From Camelus ferus (taxonomy: Eukaryota), in contig NC_045697.1 in NCBI RefSeq assembly GCF_009834535.1, positions 86,306,001 through 86,370,000 on the forward strand: a stretch of 64,000 nucleotides of DNA, written 5' to 3'. A program made the translations under genes and the position numbers. Each line of letters starts with the position of its first letter. The stretch's first letter is position 1. Shown here in pieces: positions 13,475-26,638 of this stretch. The notes under the pieces are model-generated. The model was not told the origin of the DNA, did no database searches, and saw nothing but the letters and a program-made list of their open reading frames with translations.

Positions 13475-15000
13475 TCCATGACAAAGGCAAATACTAACTA
13501 AAAGAAAGCTGTAGTAGAATACACATCATGTCAGACATAGTAGAATTCAGTGTGCAAAGTCTTAAAAGGGCAGAAAAAGAGATGTTTTATATTGGCAAAA
13601 AGCATAATAACCCATAAGGAAATAGCCATGAATTTTTATGCTTCTCTAACAACATGGCTTCAAAATATGCTAAATAAGAGTTGGCAGAGCTACCAGGAGT
13701 AAGAGACACAGACACGGTCCTACCATGAGGTTCTTGCATACCTCTCCCAGAAAAGAACAGATGAAGTAAATGAAACATAAACAAGAATACAGAGAATTTG
13801 GATGACCCAATTACCAAATTTGCTTTAGTAGACATGTAGGGAAAAAGCATTGTACCCAACAAAGAAAGGATACACATTCTTTTCCAATACACTTGGAGCA
13901 GTCCCCAAAATTGCCAATGTATTGACAAAGAAAATATCAACAAATTCCAAATGTTTATATTACCTAAGCCCCATTTACAGACCACAATGCAATACCATTG
14001 AGATTCATAACAAAAATATATTCAGAAAATCCACATCTCTAAATTAAAAGAATAAAAACACTTCTAAATAAGTATTAACTGAAAGAGGAAATCAAAATGA
14101 AAAATTCAAATGATTCAGAACAGAACAAAACTAAAAGCTCTAAATATTAAAAGTAATATATAAAATCAATGAATTAAGCTTTCAGCTCAAGACACGAATA
14201 CATGCAAAAGGTAAGAAGAAATTAATGAAAGAAAATTAAAAGTCACTAATAATTAAAATAAACTAAAAGAAATAACAAAAAGAACAAAAATGAGAAGTGA
14301 CTACAGATATAGGGAAACATTTTTAATTATAAGAGAATATACTTTTATGCCAGTAATTAAAAAACCTAAATGGAGAGTTCTTATAATTTTTTAGGAAAAT
14401 ATAAACTTCTAAAATTGGCTCAAAAAGATATAGAAAACCTGAGTATTTTGAAATAATAGCCTCTCTTCCCCTGCTCTCCCACTGGTGGCACCAGGCCCAG
14501 GTAATTTTAGGTCGTTTCTACCAGGCCTCTAAGGAACAGACAGTTCTTTTCTTCCCCAGCAGTTTTAGAGCACAGGTAAACAGGGGAAGCCACATAACTC
14601 ATTTCATGAGGTATAACCCTGATAAAAACAGCCCTCAAAGAAACAATAAGCAAATAGTATCCCATATGGATATAAATTAAAAATATGTAAAAATATTAAT
14701 AAATTAAATCATATAAAGTATTAAAAATGGGATTTGTGTCTCTTAAAAATAGGACAAGTAGCATTTGTTCCAGGAATGCTAATAAGGTTCAGCATTAGAC
14801 AAGATTTGAACCAATGTAATTCATTTCAGAAGAGATTAAAAGAGGAATTCATACAAACTTCTCAAGAGAAGCTGAAAAAGCTTTTGATTCAATTCAACAT
14901 CCATTTATGAAATAAACTTTTGTAAAAGCAAGAAACAACCTTAACCTAATAAAGATTAGTGCAAAAACCCAACAGCAAACACCATACTTAATTTTGAAAT
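13475..15000 (+). mobile_element. Ancient L1 ORF2 fragments (endonuclease to RT)
   Basis: gaagctgaaaaagcttttgattcaattcaacatccattt (AEKAFD motif); caccaggcccaggtaatttt. Confidence 0.85.
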
Positions 15001-15480
15001 TGGGCGGGGGTTAGGAAAAGGCAAGTGAGGCATTCACCTCAGGCACAGAATTTAAGTGGGCACCAATAATCTCAGTAAACAAGATGAATAGTATTTTAAT
15101 GCAATTTGAAAAAAATCAATGTTAATACAAAAAAAATCCATGATGGTTTTAGACTATGAAAATTTTCAATGAAGACAAGGGCAGTACCAAGACATGCTGG
15201 AGTCTGAGGTGAAAGGAGAACTATGTGCCCCTATATAAATGCATTTATGTGTTGTTTTTTCAGTGATTAATTTTTTTCTCCAGAACAGTAAATTTTGAAA
15301 AAAATCAAAAATTGAAAAGTAGATGTATTAAAACTCACAGTATTATTTTGTTTAAATATTTTATTTACACCAAAACCAGAATCCCATAATTTTCCTTTTC
15401 TAGCTTTAAAAGAAATCAGCATATTAATAATATTTTAAACTCCTTTGCTTTGCTTCTCTCATTTTCATTTGAGAGAATTG
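15001..15480 (+). mobile_element. hAT-Tip100-type DNA transposon (MER96-like)
   Basis: aggcaagtgaggcattcacctcaggcacagaatttaag...aatctcagtaaacaagatgaata. Confidence 0.65.
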
Positions 15481-15559
15481 CCATTTTTGACAATTCTTCT
15501 TAGCCAAGTGGCAATCTTAAATAACCACTATTAGGATAAAAAAAAATTGGATGCAGAAT

Positions 15560-16410
15560 TCCTAAATTAATAGAAAGGGGAAAATGTTCAAGAAAAAATT
15601 GAATCTTCACAGAAAACTCAGAAAAGAAGGAAAAAGGAGAATACCAAAAAAAAAAAAAGGCATCAAATAAGATAACAAGAATCAGAGTTAACACACTAAT
15701 TCTGTAACAACTGTAAAATGGCTAATTTCTTGATTAGCAAAGATTACCAGGTTGAGTAAAAAAGGCATCTGTATGTACTGTTTGCAAATACTCATAACTA
15801 AAAGATTCCAGAACATCGTCAATTGATTGATAAAGAATATCAATAAATGTAAGAAAACAAGATAGCAGGGTGGCAATAATAAAGTGAGAAGAAGTAGAGT
15901 TCAAAGTAAAATGCATCAAATGGGACAAAAATAAAATCTAAAAGGAAACTATAATAGCATTTAGCTTTTATTCAACTAACACAGATGTGAAACATTAAGC
16001 AAAATATTTCTTAAAAGGAGCAAAGGGAAATTTCACACAAGTCACAATTACAGTGGGAGACTAGCACACTTCTTTTAGACTTTGGTGGATGAAGTAAACC
16101 AAAATATTTTAAAATATAGAACTATTAAATAATACAACTAAGAAGCTTGAAATATATTCTACTCAAAGCCTATAATATATTTAACTCTACAGAGGATATA
16201 TATTCTACTCAAAGCCCATAAAACACTTACAATAGTCAATAGTTCAATAAATTCTCAAACCAAACAGGACACATTCTCTAACACAATATAGTAAAACTAG
16301 AAATTTACAATAAAAAATTAACAAGCACACAAGACAGAGACTTTAGCAATATTGTGCTCTTCTAAATAACTCTTGGATTAGAGAAAAAAAATCAAACGTA
16401 AAATCACACA
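15560..16410 (+). mobile_element. Ancient L1 ORF2 endonuclease fragment (continues at about 18210-18950)
   Basis: cacaattacagtgggagact (I.VGD motif); cttctaaataactcttggatt. Confidence 0.75.
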
Positions 16411-16419
16411 CTGTTACAC

Positions 16420-18200
16420 ACAACTTTGGGTACCGTGTGCCAAGCACTCTTGTGGGTGCTGGGAGTTCAGCAGTGAACAGAGTTCCTCAGGGGTTTTTAT
16501 AGTCTCCTGAGGAAGACAAACAATAAGCAAATAAGCCAATATTTTTATGTGAAAGATAAATGAAGGAAAGTTCCATGAAGGAAAATAAAACCAAGTACGA
16601 GTAGACAGGAATGGTGGTCAAGGAAGGCCTCTTTGAGGAGTTAACAACTGACCAGGGACCCAGGAATGTGCAGGAGCAAGTCGTAGACCTATATGGTGAG
16701 GGCACTCCAAGAGAAGGAAGCAGCCAGTGACCATCCTAAGTGGGGACCAGCTGGACTAGGGTGCCGGGTTAGCACAAATGAACATGGGGAGAACGGCTGG
16801 AGAGGAGACAAAGGGCAGCGCATAGCCCCTTGTGGGAGCTCGGGTTTTATTCTAAATGTGACAGGAAACTATTGATGGATGTGATATGGGGAGGAATGTG
16901 ATACGTACACATTTTTTCAGTTTTGTTTTGTTTTTTTACTTTATTTATTCTAATCGAGGTAACACTGGTTTATAACATTCTATAAGTTTCATATGTACAA
17001 CATTATATTTTCACTTCTGTATACCCTCACAGGATGCTCACCACCAAAAATTTAGTTTCCGTATGACTGCCCCTTCCCTTTACCCATTTCACTCCCCATC
17101 GCCACCCCTTCCTCTCTGGTAATCACTACTCCTTTCTCTATGTTTACCTGTTGTTTTTGTTTAGTTTGGTTTGTCCATTTATTTTGTTTTGTTTTTTATA
17201 TTCTACATACGAGTGAAATCATAACATGACCTGTATTTTTAAAGAGCTTTTTCCGTCGGTATGGAAAACAAACCACAGTGCAATCGCCGTTGCAATTGCT
17301 GGGGTTGACGATGGTTTGGACTATGGTGAGAACAGTGGAGAGCGTGAGTGGGCGGGTTCAGGCTGTGTTTGGAAGGTAGAGGTAACATGGACTGGGTTAA
17401 CTGGTGAGAACGAGGACTATTAAGGAGGAGCTTTATGTTTGTGATTTAAGTAACTGAATGAAGAGTAGTACTGTTCACTAAATTAAAAAATTAAAAATTT
17501 TAAAAGGAGAGTGGGGAGGGGACCGAGGGGAAAAAGAAGCAGTAAACTGAGAGTGATGTTTTTATTTATATCCCTTTGGAATTTTTTTTTTCCTCAGTGT
17601 GAGGCTCTTTGTTACCGCTTTAGTGATGACCATGAAAAAACATGAATGTGCCTCAGATATCACCCAAGAAGGAAGAGTGGGTTTGAAAAATAAATAAGAA
17701 AATAAATAAAGAAAAATAAATCATTTACCTAGAAAGCAAGGACTAAGCCCTGAGTCACTTCAGCAGTTAGAGGGTGAGAAGATGAACAGGAGTCAGTAAA
17801 GAAGTTGCCAAGCAGTAGGAAAATTAGGAAAAGTGATATCTTGAAAGCCAGTGAAGAAAAGTTTCAGGATGGGCAGGGGTGATCGAATTCTGCTTCATCA
17901 CAGGTGAGGACTAAAAATAAATGACCCTTGGATTTAGCAAAATGAAAATCACTGGTGATTCTGATAAAGGTAGTTTCAGCGTAGTGGTGGGCTAAAAAGC
18001 CTGACTACAAGAGAGAATGAAAGGTGAATAATTGGAAACAATAAATATGGACAACTATTTTGAGGAATATTGCTATAAATGAAAGCAGAAAAATGGTGAG
18101 GTCACTGAGTATATAAGGCCAAGAACTTCATTTAACATAGGAGATACTACAGCATGTTTATCTTGCTGTGTTATGTTACTTGGGAATGTAGTTAGGACAA
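16420..18200 (-). mobile_element. L2 fragment, interrupted by an L1 3' end at about 16925-17225
   Basis: gtggtcaaggaaggcctctttgaggag; ccttggatttagcaa L2 motifs. Confidence 0.8.
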
Positions 18201-18209
18201 AAATTGATG

Positions 18210-18950
18210 AAGTTATTTTAAAATAGTAATAATGAAATTGCAGTATATCAAATTCTGTGGGATTGGGATAAAGCAGAACTCAGAAGAAAATACTTTAGTA
18301 TTTGAAGAGTTATTATTAAACATAAACAAGAAACAGTGAAATGAATTAAGTACTGAACACAAAAAGCTAAAAAAAAACAAAAATAAATAAGCTGAGGGAA
18401 AGGAGCAGAGAATTACTGAAGATAAATTGAAATACTGATTAATTTAAAAAGAACCAATAGATTAAATTCAAGAGCTGGTTCTTTGAAAAGACCAAGGAAA
18501 TAAACAAGCATTTGCTAAATGTTCCAATAAGTGAGGAGAAATATACCATATTCAGAATTAAGAAGGAATAGAATCACAGATATAAAGGAAGTTGTAAAAA
18601 TCATGGACAAATAATAATACAAAATACAAAATATCACTTGCCATAAGCTAGACACTGTTTAAATCTTACAACAACCCTGTGAGGTAAGTATTTTCCCAGT
18701 CCAATATTAAGATAAATTGAGCTGGGAAGAGGTTAAGAAATTAGCCCAAGATCACCTACCTGGTAACTGAGAGGCTGAGATTCAAATCTGTCTTGTGCTT
18801 TCTACACTAAAGCATGTATGTATGTATGTAGGCAGAAGCTTATGCCAACAAATAGGAAAATACAGATTTCTCAGGAAAATAAAGTACTAAAATTAATTAG
18901 AGAAAAGGTAGAAAATCCCAAAAGACCAATAACCTGGGAAGAAATTGAAA
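18210..18950 (+). mobile_element. Ancient L1 ORF2 fragment with a MIR at about 18640-18810
   Basis: aagagctggttctttgaaaagacc (KSWFFEK). Confidence 0.8.
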
Positions 18951-19182
18951 AGTCAGGCAGTTTTGATGATGATATGGCTGTTACTTCTTTTTGGGGAGGG
19001 TTTGATATTTCTTAGGCCTTTTGTCTATTCTGATAAAGGAAGCAGCCATGGAATGGTAGTCTTCCAAAGTAATATTTTTAGAATTTCATGATCCATTCCT
19101 TTTACTAACCAACTCACAGCTTCTCCGACCCTCTCCCTCAGCTCCAGCTCCTAACTCAGACATCAGTTGTTGGTGGGATGAT

Positions 19183-19370
19183 TAAAGTTTCCAGATTTAG
19201 CAAATAAAAATACTGAATGGATGTCCAATTAGATTTATATTTCAGATAAGCAATGAATTTTTTAAGTATGTGTCCTGAAATACTTTGGACATACTTATCC
19301 TGAAAAGTATTTATTATCGGAAATTCCAATTTAACTGGGTATCCATTCAGTATTTTATCTAACAGAACTA
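19183..19370. mobile_element. MER53 palindromic hAT MITE
   Basis: ccagatttagcaaataaaaata...ttggacatacttat...aatttaactggg. Confidence 0.85.
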
Positions 19371-19471
19371 AGGCTGATCCCAGGTTTTAACTTTGCATTG
19401 TGTCTTTCTTAAGTCATGGCTAGTCACAAAACTGGAGACTTTTCAGTGCCAATTTTTCCTGTCTTACTCAC

Positions 19472-19546
19472 ATTTCATCTATAAATTCCAGTTACACAGT
19501 GAATCTAAGATATCTGGTTTTATCCACTCATATATGGATCTAAGTT
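19472..19546 (-). pseudogene. Pseudo-exon, 75 nt (ELRSIYEWIKPDILDSLCNWNL*; probable frameshift before LEFIDE)
   Basis: gtctatatttaag| ... AAT|gtgagt. Confidence 0.6.
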
Positions 19547-19816
19547 CTTAAATATAGACATGGATATAATTAAATTTTATTTTATTCCTGTCCATCAACT
19601 AATAGAGAAATCTATGAGTGTTTAACTGGAACAAGTAGACAAATAGGTTTTTTTCCAGAGGCATGAATAAGAAAGACAGAATTACAGCAGATGCATTTTC
19701 TGTATAGGCACCAATAACAGGGCCCAGAGAGCAGGAAGTGCTCCTTTTTAAAAGACTTGTTGAGTATGAAGTTAGGAAATGTGTCCTTAGGTGGTGCAAA
19801 GTGTTTTTGTCCTTAC

Positions 19817-19867
19817 CATCCCATTTTAAAGGCTTGAGTTTCCCAGGACTCTCATGTAGAAATTCCA
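19817..19867 (-). pseudogene. Pseudo-exon, 51 nt, phase 1-1 (VEFLHESPGKLKPLKWD)
   Basis: poly-T then ccaaatcag| ... ATG|gtaagg. Confidence 0.7.
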
Positions 19868-20556
19868 CTGATTTGGAAAAAAAAAAAAGTCTTATTGGTA
19901 CACAAACCTAGTTATGCAAATAGACTCTGAGGTTTAAGAGAAAGAACACGGCCTTTCATTGCAGTAAGGCCTGAATTCAAACCCAGGTTTGACTACTTAC
20001 TAGCAGTATAATATTTTTTTAATATGTTTTTTTTATTTCAAAATTTTTCAAACCCACAGAAAAGTTGAAAGAATGGAACAAAAAAAACTCATATACTCTC
20101 ATCTATATTCACTAAGTGTCAACATCTTTCCTCTGCACACAGACAACACACACACACCCACATTCCTCCCTTTTGCCAAGTCTTTTCATTGTAGACTACA
20201 GACATCATGACATTTCATCTCTAGACACCTCAGTATGCATCTCCCAAGAACAAGAACATTCTAGTAACCAGCCACAACACTATAATCACACCTAAGAAAA
20301 TCAACATTAGTTCAATGACATAATTCAACATACAGCCCATACTCAGATTTCCCCGATTATCAAGAAAGTGTCAAATTATAGCTCTGCACTCCACCCTGTT
20401 CGGTATCAGTCAAGGTTCATGTATTGAATTGGCTCTTTTTGTTTTATTATGCTCCCTCAATCCAGAACAGTTCTCTGCTTCGCTTGGTTTTTTCCACAAC
20501 ATTGAATTCTTTGAAGAGTTCAGGTCATCTGTTCCAAGTAATTGTACCACATTCTT

Positions 20557-20680
20557 TTTTGGGGGGGTGTGTGTTGCGGGGTGGTAATTAGAGTTTGTCT
20601 ATATGGAGGTACTGGGGATTGAACCCAGGACCTCGTGCATGCTAAGCACACGCTCTACCACTGAGCTTTACCCTCCCCCC
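20557..20680 (-). mobile_element. vic-1-type SINE
   Basis: 13-bp TSD gtaccacattctt at 20544-20556 and 20682-20694. Confidence 0.92.
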
Positions 20681-21447
20681 AGTACCACATTCTTGATTGT
20701 TCTGATTCTTTATGAAAACTTTCCAGCGTGAGTACAGTGAGGAGAAGTCTAGTATCTCTTACCACATCGTGTCAGGAGGCACAGATACCATGGTGTCAGG
20801 CTTTCCATTATTGGCACTTTTCACTTGTAAAGCAATATTTTCCCTTTGGTGATGAGTAAGTAATTTGTGGGGTAATCATTTGAGATCATGTAAACATCCT
20901 TGTCTCAATAAATTTGTGCCCCCATGACTTAACTATTCATTAATAATTCATGTCTGACTCAGCTGTTATATTGTGTGTTATAAAATGGTGATTTTCTCAT
21001 CTTATCACTCCTTCTACATTATTAGCTGTCATTGTACTATAACGGAGAACTATCCCTTTCTCTCTTCCTCTCCTTTTTTTCTCATATTACCGTAAATTTG
21101 TGATCCCTCTCTTTTTCAAAATTCACTGTGTTATAATGTATTACCATCATTTTTCTTTTTGATGCTGAAATTGTCCCCAATTTGGTTAGTGGGTGGCACT
21201 TCATGCTGGCTGCTGGGTCCTTTAGACACATCCCCATTAATCTTTGAGCACTTCGGTGCTTTCTGGCACAAGATGTTCCAGGCTCATCTTGTATTTGTAC
21301 TTTCCTTGCCTCATACCTGGAACCTTCCGTTTCTCCAAGGAGACCTGGTTCCTTTTAATAGGAAGTAAGTTTTAGAAATCAAGACCTGGATTCTGGATAC
21401 AATTATAACAGGATGTTAATTTTCTAGGCTCCTTCACCGAAAAAAAA

Positions 21448-21488
<41 letters not shown>

Positions 21489-22276
21489 CTTAAAGTCATG
21501 ATTTCATATTAATATGTACAATTGAAATCTAATACTATAGGATCCTTCTTCTTTATTGTTTTCTTTGTATCTGCTTGTTCCTGAGTAAAAATCCACTGAG
21601 GTTTCCAAGAACATCAAAATATTTACTCATTAGTTCTACCCAACATACACACAAAACAGAATTACAACAATACTACCACCAATAACAAACCTAATAAGTA
21701 GAATTGTAAAATAATTTGCAATGCCCTATGTATGTGACAAAAGTACACAATCTAGAGTATGCTTAAAATTTACTTGAATTACTTTTTTGTCTATATGGAT
21801 ATGGTATTAATTTCACATACTGCTGAAATCATTTGTTTCTATTTGTATTTCATTTTAGTGCTTGATTTTTCACACTTTTTAATTTAGTTTTATTTTTTAA
21901 AAAATATATAACATTAACTGAATCACTTTGCTGTACACCTGAAACTAACACTGTAAAACTACACTTCAATAAAAAATTAAAAAAAAAATTTTAATATATA
22001 ACATTGACATGTTTGACAATCAAAACTATACACAAAGCTATGCCCTTCACTAAGTCTCTCCAGGTCTCCTCAACCTTGTTCCCACCATAGACAGACAGAT
22101 AGACGACAGACAGACAGACAGATAGATATTCATGTGTATTAGATCATCTTCTCTCCTGCACAAAAGGTAGCATACTCTATACATTCTTTTGTCTTTTGTT
22201 TTTTTCACTTAACATTATATTCTGGAAATGGTTCCATGTCAGTTTATAGAGGTCTTTCTCATTCTTTCCATAGCTA

Positions 22277-22324
22277 GTATGTATGTATGTATGTATGTAT
22301 GTATGTATGTATGTATGTATGTAT
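22277..22324. repeat. (TATG)n microsatellite
   Basis: Direct reading. Confidence 0.95.
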
Positions 22325-23378
22325 TAAATCATTATTTATTTAACCAATCTTTTATGAATTGGCATTTAGATTGTTATCATATTTTGCTATTACAAATAGT
22401 GCCACTGAATAAACTTGTGCATATGTTCTGAATCTGTGGACGTGTATATTAAGGGTAGATTCCTAGGAGTGAAGTTTCTGAGGCTTAAAGCAAATACCTG
22501 TTTAATTTTATTAGATGCTGCCAAGTTTTCCTTCATAGGGGTTATAACATTTTGCATTCCCACCAGCAATGGATGAAAGTTCCCTTTTTCCTACTGCCTG
22601 GCCAGTGGAGTGTGTTGTCAAGTTGCCCAATCTTGCAAGTGAAAAATGATAAATTTAAAGATGTTTTAAATTTAGAAGTGTAATCATGAGCAAGTTATTG
22701 AGCTTCTTTGAGCTTTAATTTCCTAGTTAAGATAAAAATGCCAATCTTCAAAGTTTGGTTTGATGACTAAGAGTCCATAGTAGATTTATGGATACATTAA
22801 AAAATCTATGACTTGGTACATAATAAATACTCAATAAGTGTTATTTATTATGTATTACTCTGTATTTAGTAGGCAGTAAATTTTGAAGTAACTTATTTAT
22901 CTTAGTAAATAAGTCTTGGTGACTAATATGGAAAACTATCATTCTTATGATGGTAGAGAAAATAGAATCAGAGGTCTTAAACATCATTAGAGGCAAATAG
23001 TTATGTCATCTTCTTTAATTGCTTGTTAGTGACTTCTAGAGTGTTACATTAATAAGGATTACGATGACAAATCTTTGTTTAGCAGGTAAGAATACTTGAT
23101 TGATAAGTTTTACCTCTTATGGGTATGAGTGTGAGGAGTGCACACACGTTTCCTATCACTAATTTGGTTAAATTCATTGATTTTTATAGTGAGGAACTGA
23201 GGGCAAATAGATTGGGATATGTTACAGATGATACAGCAAGTTAATATCAAAGTCAAGATTAAAAAATAAAATTCATAACTTCTAGTGTCATGCTTTTACC
23301 ATTGTACTATAGCACCCTTCCTCCCTCCTTTTTCTCCCCCCTCCACCTTTCTCCTTTGGTCTGTCTCCCTCCCTCCCT

Positions 23379-23383
<5 letters not shown>

Positions 23384-23446
<63 letters not shown>
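23384..23446. repeat. Compound (CT)n(CA)n microsatellite
   Basis: Direct reading. Confidence 0.97.
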
Positions 23447-23450
<4 letters not shown>

Positions 23451-23659
23451 TACCCTCAAGGTTTTTTTTGTTTACACAGTTGAGCTCTCTTTTTCTGGAG
23501 TAAAACCCTAGACTAAGAGTGTGTATGGATTTTATATTTATAAAACTTTGCCATAATATGGTTTAGGCTGGGGTTTGCCTTGTGGTGGTTAAATTGTGGG
23601 AAATCGTTGGCAGTTTGCACAGGGAGGTCCTTCCATGTTTGTATGGCATGATCACTCAC

Positions 23660-23762
23660 CAGTCAAGTTCCTGTCCCTGGAAATGAGGAGACAAGCCATG
23701 GAGTCAAGGAAGGGAAAACGGTTCTCAAGTTCATGTTTGGGTGATGTAATGTGAATGGAAAA
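23660..23762 (-). pseudogene. Pseudo-exon, 103 nt, phase 0-1 (FSIHITSPKHELENRFPFLDSMACLLISRDRNLT)
   Basis: ctgtttacctttcag| ... CTG|gtgagt; frame open. Confidence 0.7.
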
Positions 23763-23904
23763 CTGAAAGGTAAACAGCTTTTCAAATGGATAAAACTGAT
23801 CATAACAGGCATCTTACAGGCCACTGAAGCATTGATTCTGTTCATTTTTACTTTTCCAAAGCACGAGGTCTGTTTGTAAGCAGAGGCAGTAAGTTGACAT
23901 TCAC

Positions 23905-23957
23905 TGTGTGAAAAGCAATATACTGGGCGGTGAAGGGTTACATGAAGAGTAGTCCAG
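23905..23957 (-). pseudogene. Pseudo-exon, 53 nt, phase 1-0 (GLLFM*PFTAQYIAFHT)
   Basis: tttcactttctgcctctgcag| ... ACA|gtgaat; one TAA. Confidence 0.55.
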
Positions 23958-24038
23958 CTGCAGAGGCAGAAAGTGAAAAACAAAATGACAAACATTTCTA
24001 CCAAGCAATACATCAAGTGCAAGTTAATACACAGTTAC

Positions 24039-24095
24039 GCCTTATCAAGCCATCACTTATCTGCCGATCTCAACTCTGCAACACAGCCTTAGATC
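24039..24095 (-). pseudogene. Pseudo-exon, 57 nt, phase 1-1 (SKAVLQS*DRQISDGLIR)
   Basis: gttttgcatattcag| ... GGC|gtaact; one TGA. Confidence 0.45.
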
Positions 24096-24189
24096 CTGAA
24101 TATGCAAAACAATTTCTGCTCAAATGAAAATACATGTTAGAAAATGTATGCACTTTGCCAGAACCAGCTTATTTAATCACAATTCAGAG

Positions 24190-24600
24190 TACTGTAAGGA
24201 CTTTGGCTTTTATTCTGGGGTAAAGAAGACATTGCAGGGTTTGGAGCCGAGGATTAATATGACTGCCTTTGACAGATCACTCTGCCTGCCATGTTGAGAA
24301 GAGACCATGTGTAGAAGGGGTCAGGGTAGAAGTGAGGAAAGCAGGAGGTTATTGCAACCATCCAGGGAAAGATGATGGAGGCTTGGATTCACATGCAAAG
24401 AGTAGAGTTGGTAAGAACTGATTAAATTCTGGATATATATTGGAGATAGGGCCAACAGGATTTACTATTAGAATGCATGTAGGAAGTGAGAGACGGGGAC
24501 ATATGAAGGATGACTCCAGATTTTTTTGCTGCGCAAATATAAATATGGTGTTCTAATTAGAAAAAATGGGAAAGACTGTGGGAGGAGCAGTTTTGACAGA
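24190..24600 (-). mobile_element. L2 fragment
   Basis: gtaaggactttggcttttattct; aggatgactccagattttt. Confidence 0.8.
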
Positions 24601-25751
24601 AAGATGATGGCTTTCCAATGATGGTGCCTTGGCATGAAGATGAGATTAATTTATATTCAATAGGCGTGGTTATACAAGGCATAACAAATAAGTGGTATAT
24701 CATTACAGAAAATTTACCTTTAAAAAAGAATTTAGGTAACTAACCATTGGCAGTCAAAGAGATAAGCTTATGCCTGTGAAATGTTTCCCTCGTGTAGAAC
24801 AGATCATCCCCTCACAAAGCCAGAAAAGTGAAAATGTTTTCATTACTAAGAACTGAGAGGACACAAAGTAAAGGAATAATCAGATTTAATTGGGCTAATT
24901 CAGGGAAAGTCTCCTGGAGTAGGTATTGTTTAACCTAGAAGAAAGATTTCTCAGAAGAAAGAAAGACAGAGGAATCTTAGAGATGGAGTGATTCTCCAGC
25001 TTGGAGAACTCAAGAAGCCTCCAGCTAAAAACTAAGACTATTGATTCAGGGAGGTGAGAGAGAAAATGGGTCCATGAGAGGCTCTGAGAGAAGGAGGTAG
25101 ATTGAACTGATGAGACACAAGAAAGAAAAAAGAATAAATAGGCATCAGAAGTGACTTGTTGGGCAAATGCCCACTTCCTCTCCAGAAGGGTTGACCAAAT
25201 TGTGTCAAAGTCACCTTCATGCCTCAATTAAAATTCTATCATTTTAAATGAGACTTCCTCTTCAAGCCTAGGAAGGGGTTATTATTCAGAAGGTATGAAC
25301 CAACTGTTCATCACCTCCCATAAGGACCGGATGTGAGGAAAAAGAAGGATAAGAATTTCTTGCCTGTTATTAAATCTCAGAATGAGGTCCTGAGAACAAT
25401 CTGCCACCAGATTAATCTTCTTAAGCACCATTTTGTGTCACTGGCCTTTGCCAAACTCCCATGGTTTCTGATTGCTACCAACTTGAGTCTCACCTGCTCA
25501 GACCTCTGTGGTTTGGCCCCAAAGTGTCTGGGCAGACTCGACGTCCGCCCCTCCTATCCACATGCCTAAAGGTCCAGCCAGTCTGGCTGCCAGTCTTGCA
25601 ACATACGGCTTTGCTCATGGTGGTACAGTCTCTCCTTCTCCTGGCCTGTCTCCCATCCCAGCTTTTCCTTCTTCCATTCCTTTCAAGACCTAGCAATGCC
25701 TTTCCTTGTAATGCCTTTTCAGGGAGAAATGATATATATACATATGCGTAT

Positions 25752-25755
<4 letters not shown>

Positions 25756-25805
<50 letters not shown>
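25756..25805. repeat. (CA)n microsatellite
   Basis: Direct reading. Confidence 0.97.
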
Positions 25806-25807
<2 letters not shown>

Positions 25808-26586
25808 TTTACTATATATAGCATTTATATCCTGCCTTGTGGCTTTATTGCCTGAACATATTCATTGATTCATTGACTGTCTCTGGTACACCTAATGTAT
25901 CCCTCACAGCATCAAGGAGCCATAAACAAATGGATGATATTCTCTTGATACTTTCAGAAAATAAGGCAGAATGGTTTCACATTGGTTTGGAATAATATAA
26001 AGTCCTGATTAAGAGGCAAGGAAAAGATGAAAAATATTACACCCAATTAATGTTCACCAGTTTTTCCAGTTTGATATGCATGTTCAGTCTTTCTGTCAAG
26101 TGCCCAAGGACAGGTTTTATGGTGTGATATGTGCTGATTAACTCCAGATACCAATTTTGATAGAGAGTGTTTTTGTTTGTAGTACAGAAAACCAGCCGAG
26201 ATGAAAAAAAAATCAGATGCACAAGATATATTCTTTTAGGTTATCTATGAATTCTCATCACCAAATACTGCATCTACAATATACCAAACAAATGAGGATG
26301 ATTTGTATTAATAAATCAGCTGAAATTGGGAAGTGAGGAGGAAAGAAGGGGAGAGTAGGGAAGGGCTGGAGAGGGAGGGAAGAGTCACGTGAGGCTTCCT
26401 GGAACACAGGAGAGAAATGATTTAGTGCCTGATGAGAACTGAAGGCCTCCTACTTTATAAACCACAGTTTAAAGCATGAATATATTCCTCAAGCTTTAAG
26501 AAACGTTTGATTAAATGTTGAAAAAGTGCTCTTGTTTCACTCTGGGAAGTAAGAGGGAGATGACTCTGGTAGCGATGGCAACAAAC

Positions 26587-26638
26587 CTGTACGTCATTAG
26601 TGAATAGTAACAAAATATGAAGACACAGAATTTCAAAT
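26587..26638 (-). pseudogene. Candidate pseudo-exon, 52 nt (FEILCLHILLLFTNDVQ)
   Basis: ctctgcccactggacag| ... CAG|gtttgt. Confidence 0.4.

Larger units (their letters stand above)
20010..22660 (-). mobile_element. L1MC-like 3' region with nested SINE, short L1 insert and microsatellites
   Basis: cagaaaagttgaaagaat; gcatctcccaagaacaagaacatt; tttgcattcccaccagcaatg. Confidence 0.85.

Noticed and set aside
7927..25868. ORFs with CV, TH or MYVC repeats (7927, 22228, 23285, 25461, 25490)
   Set aside because: They are translations of microsatellites.
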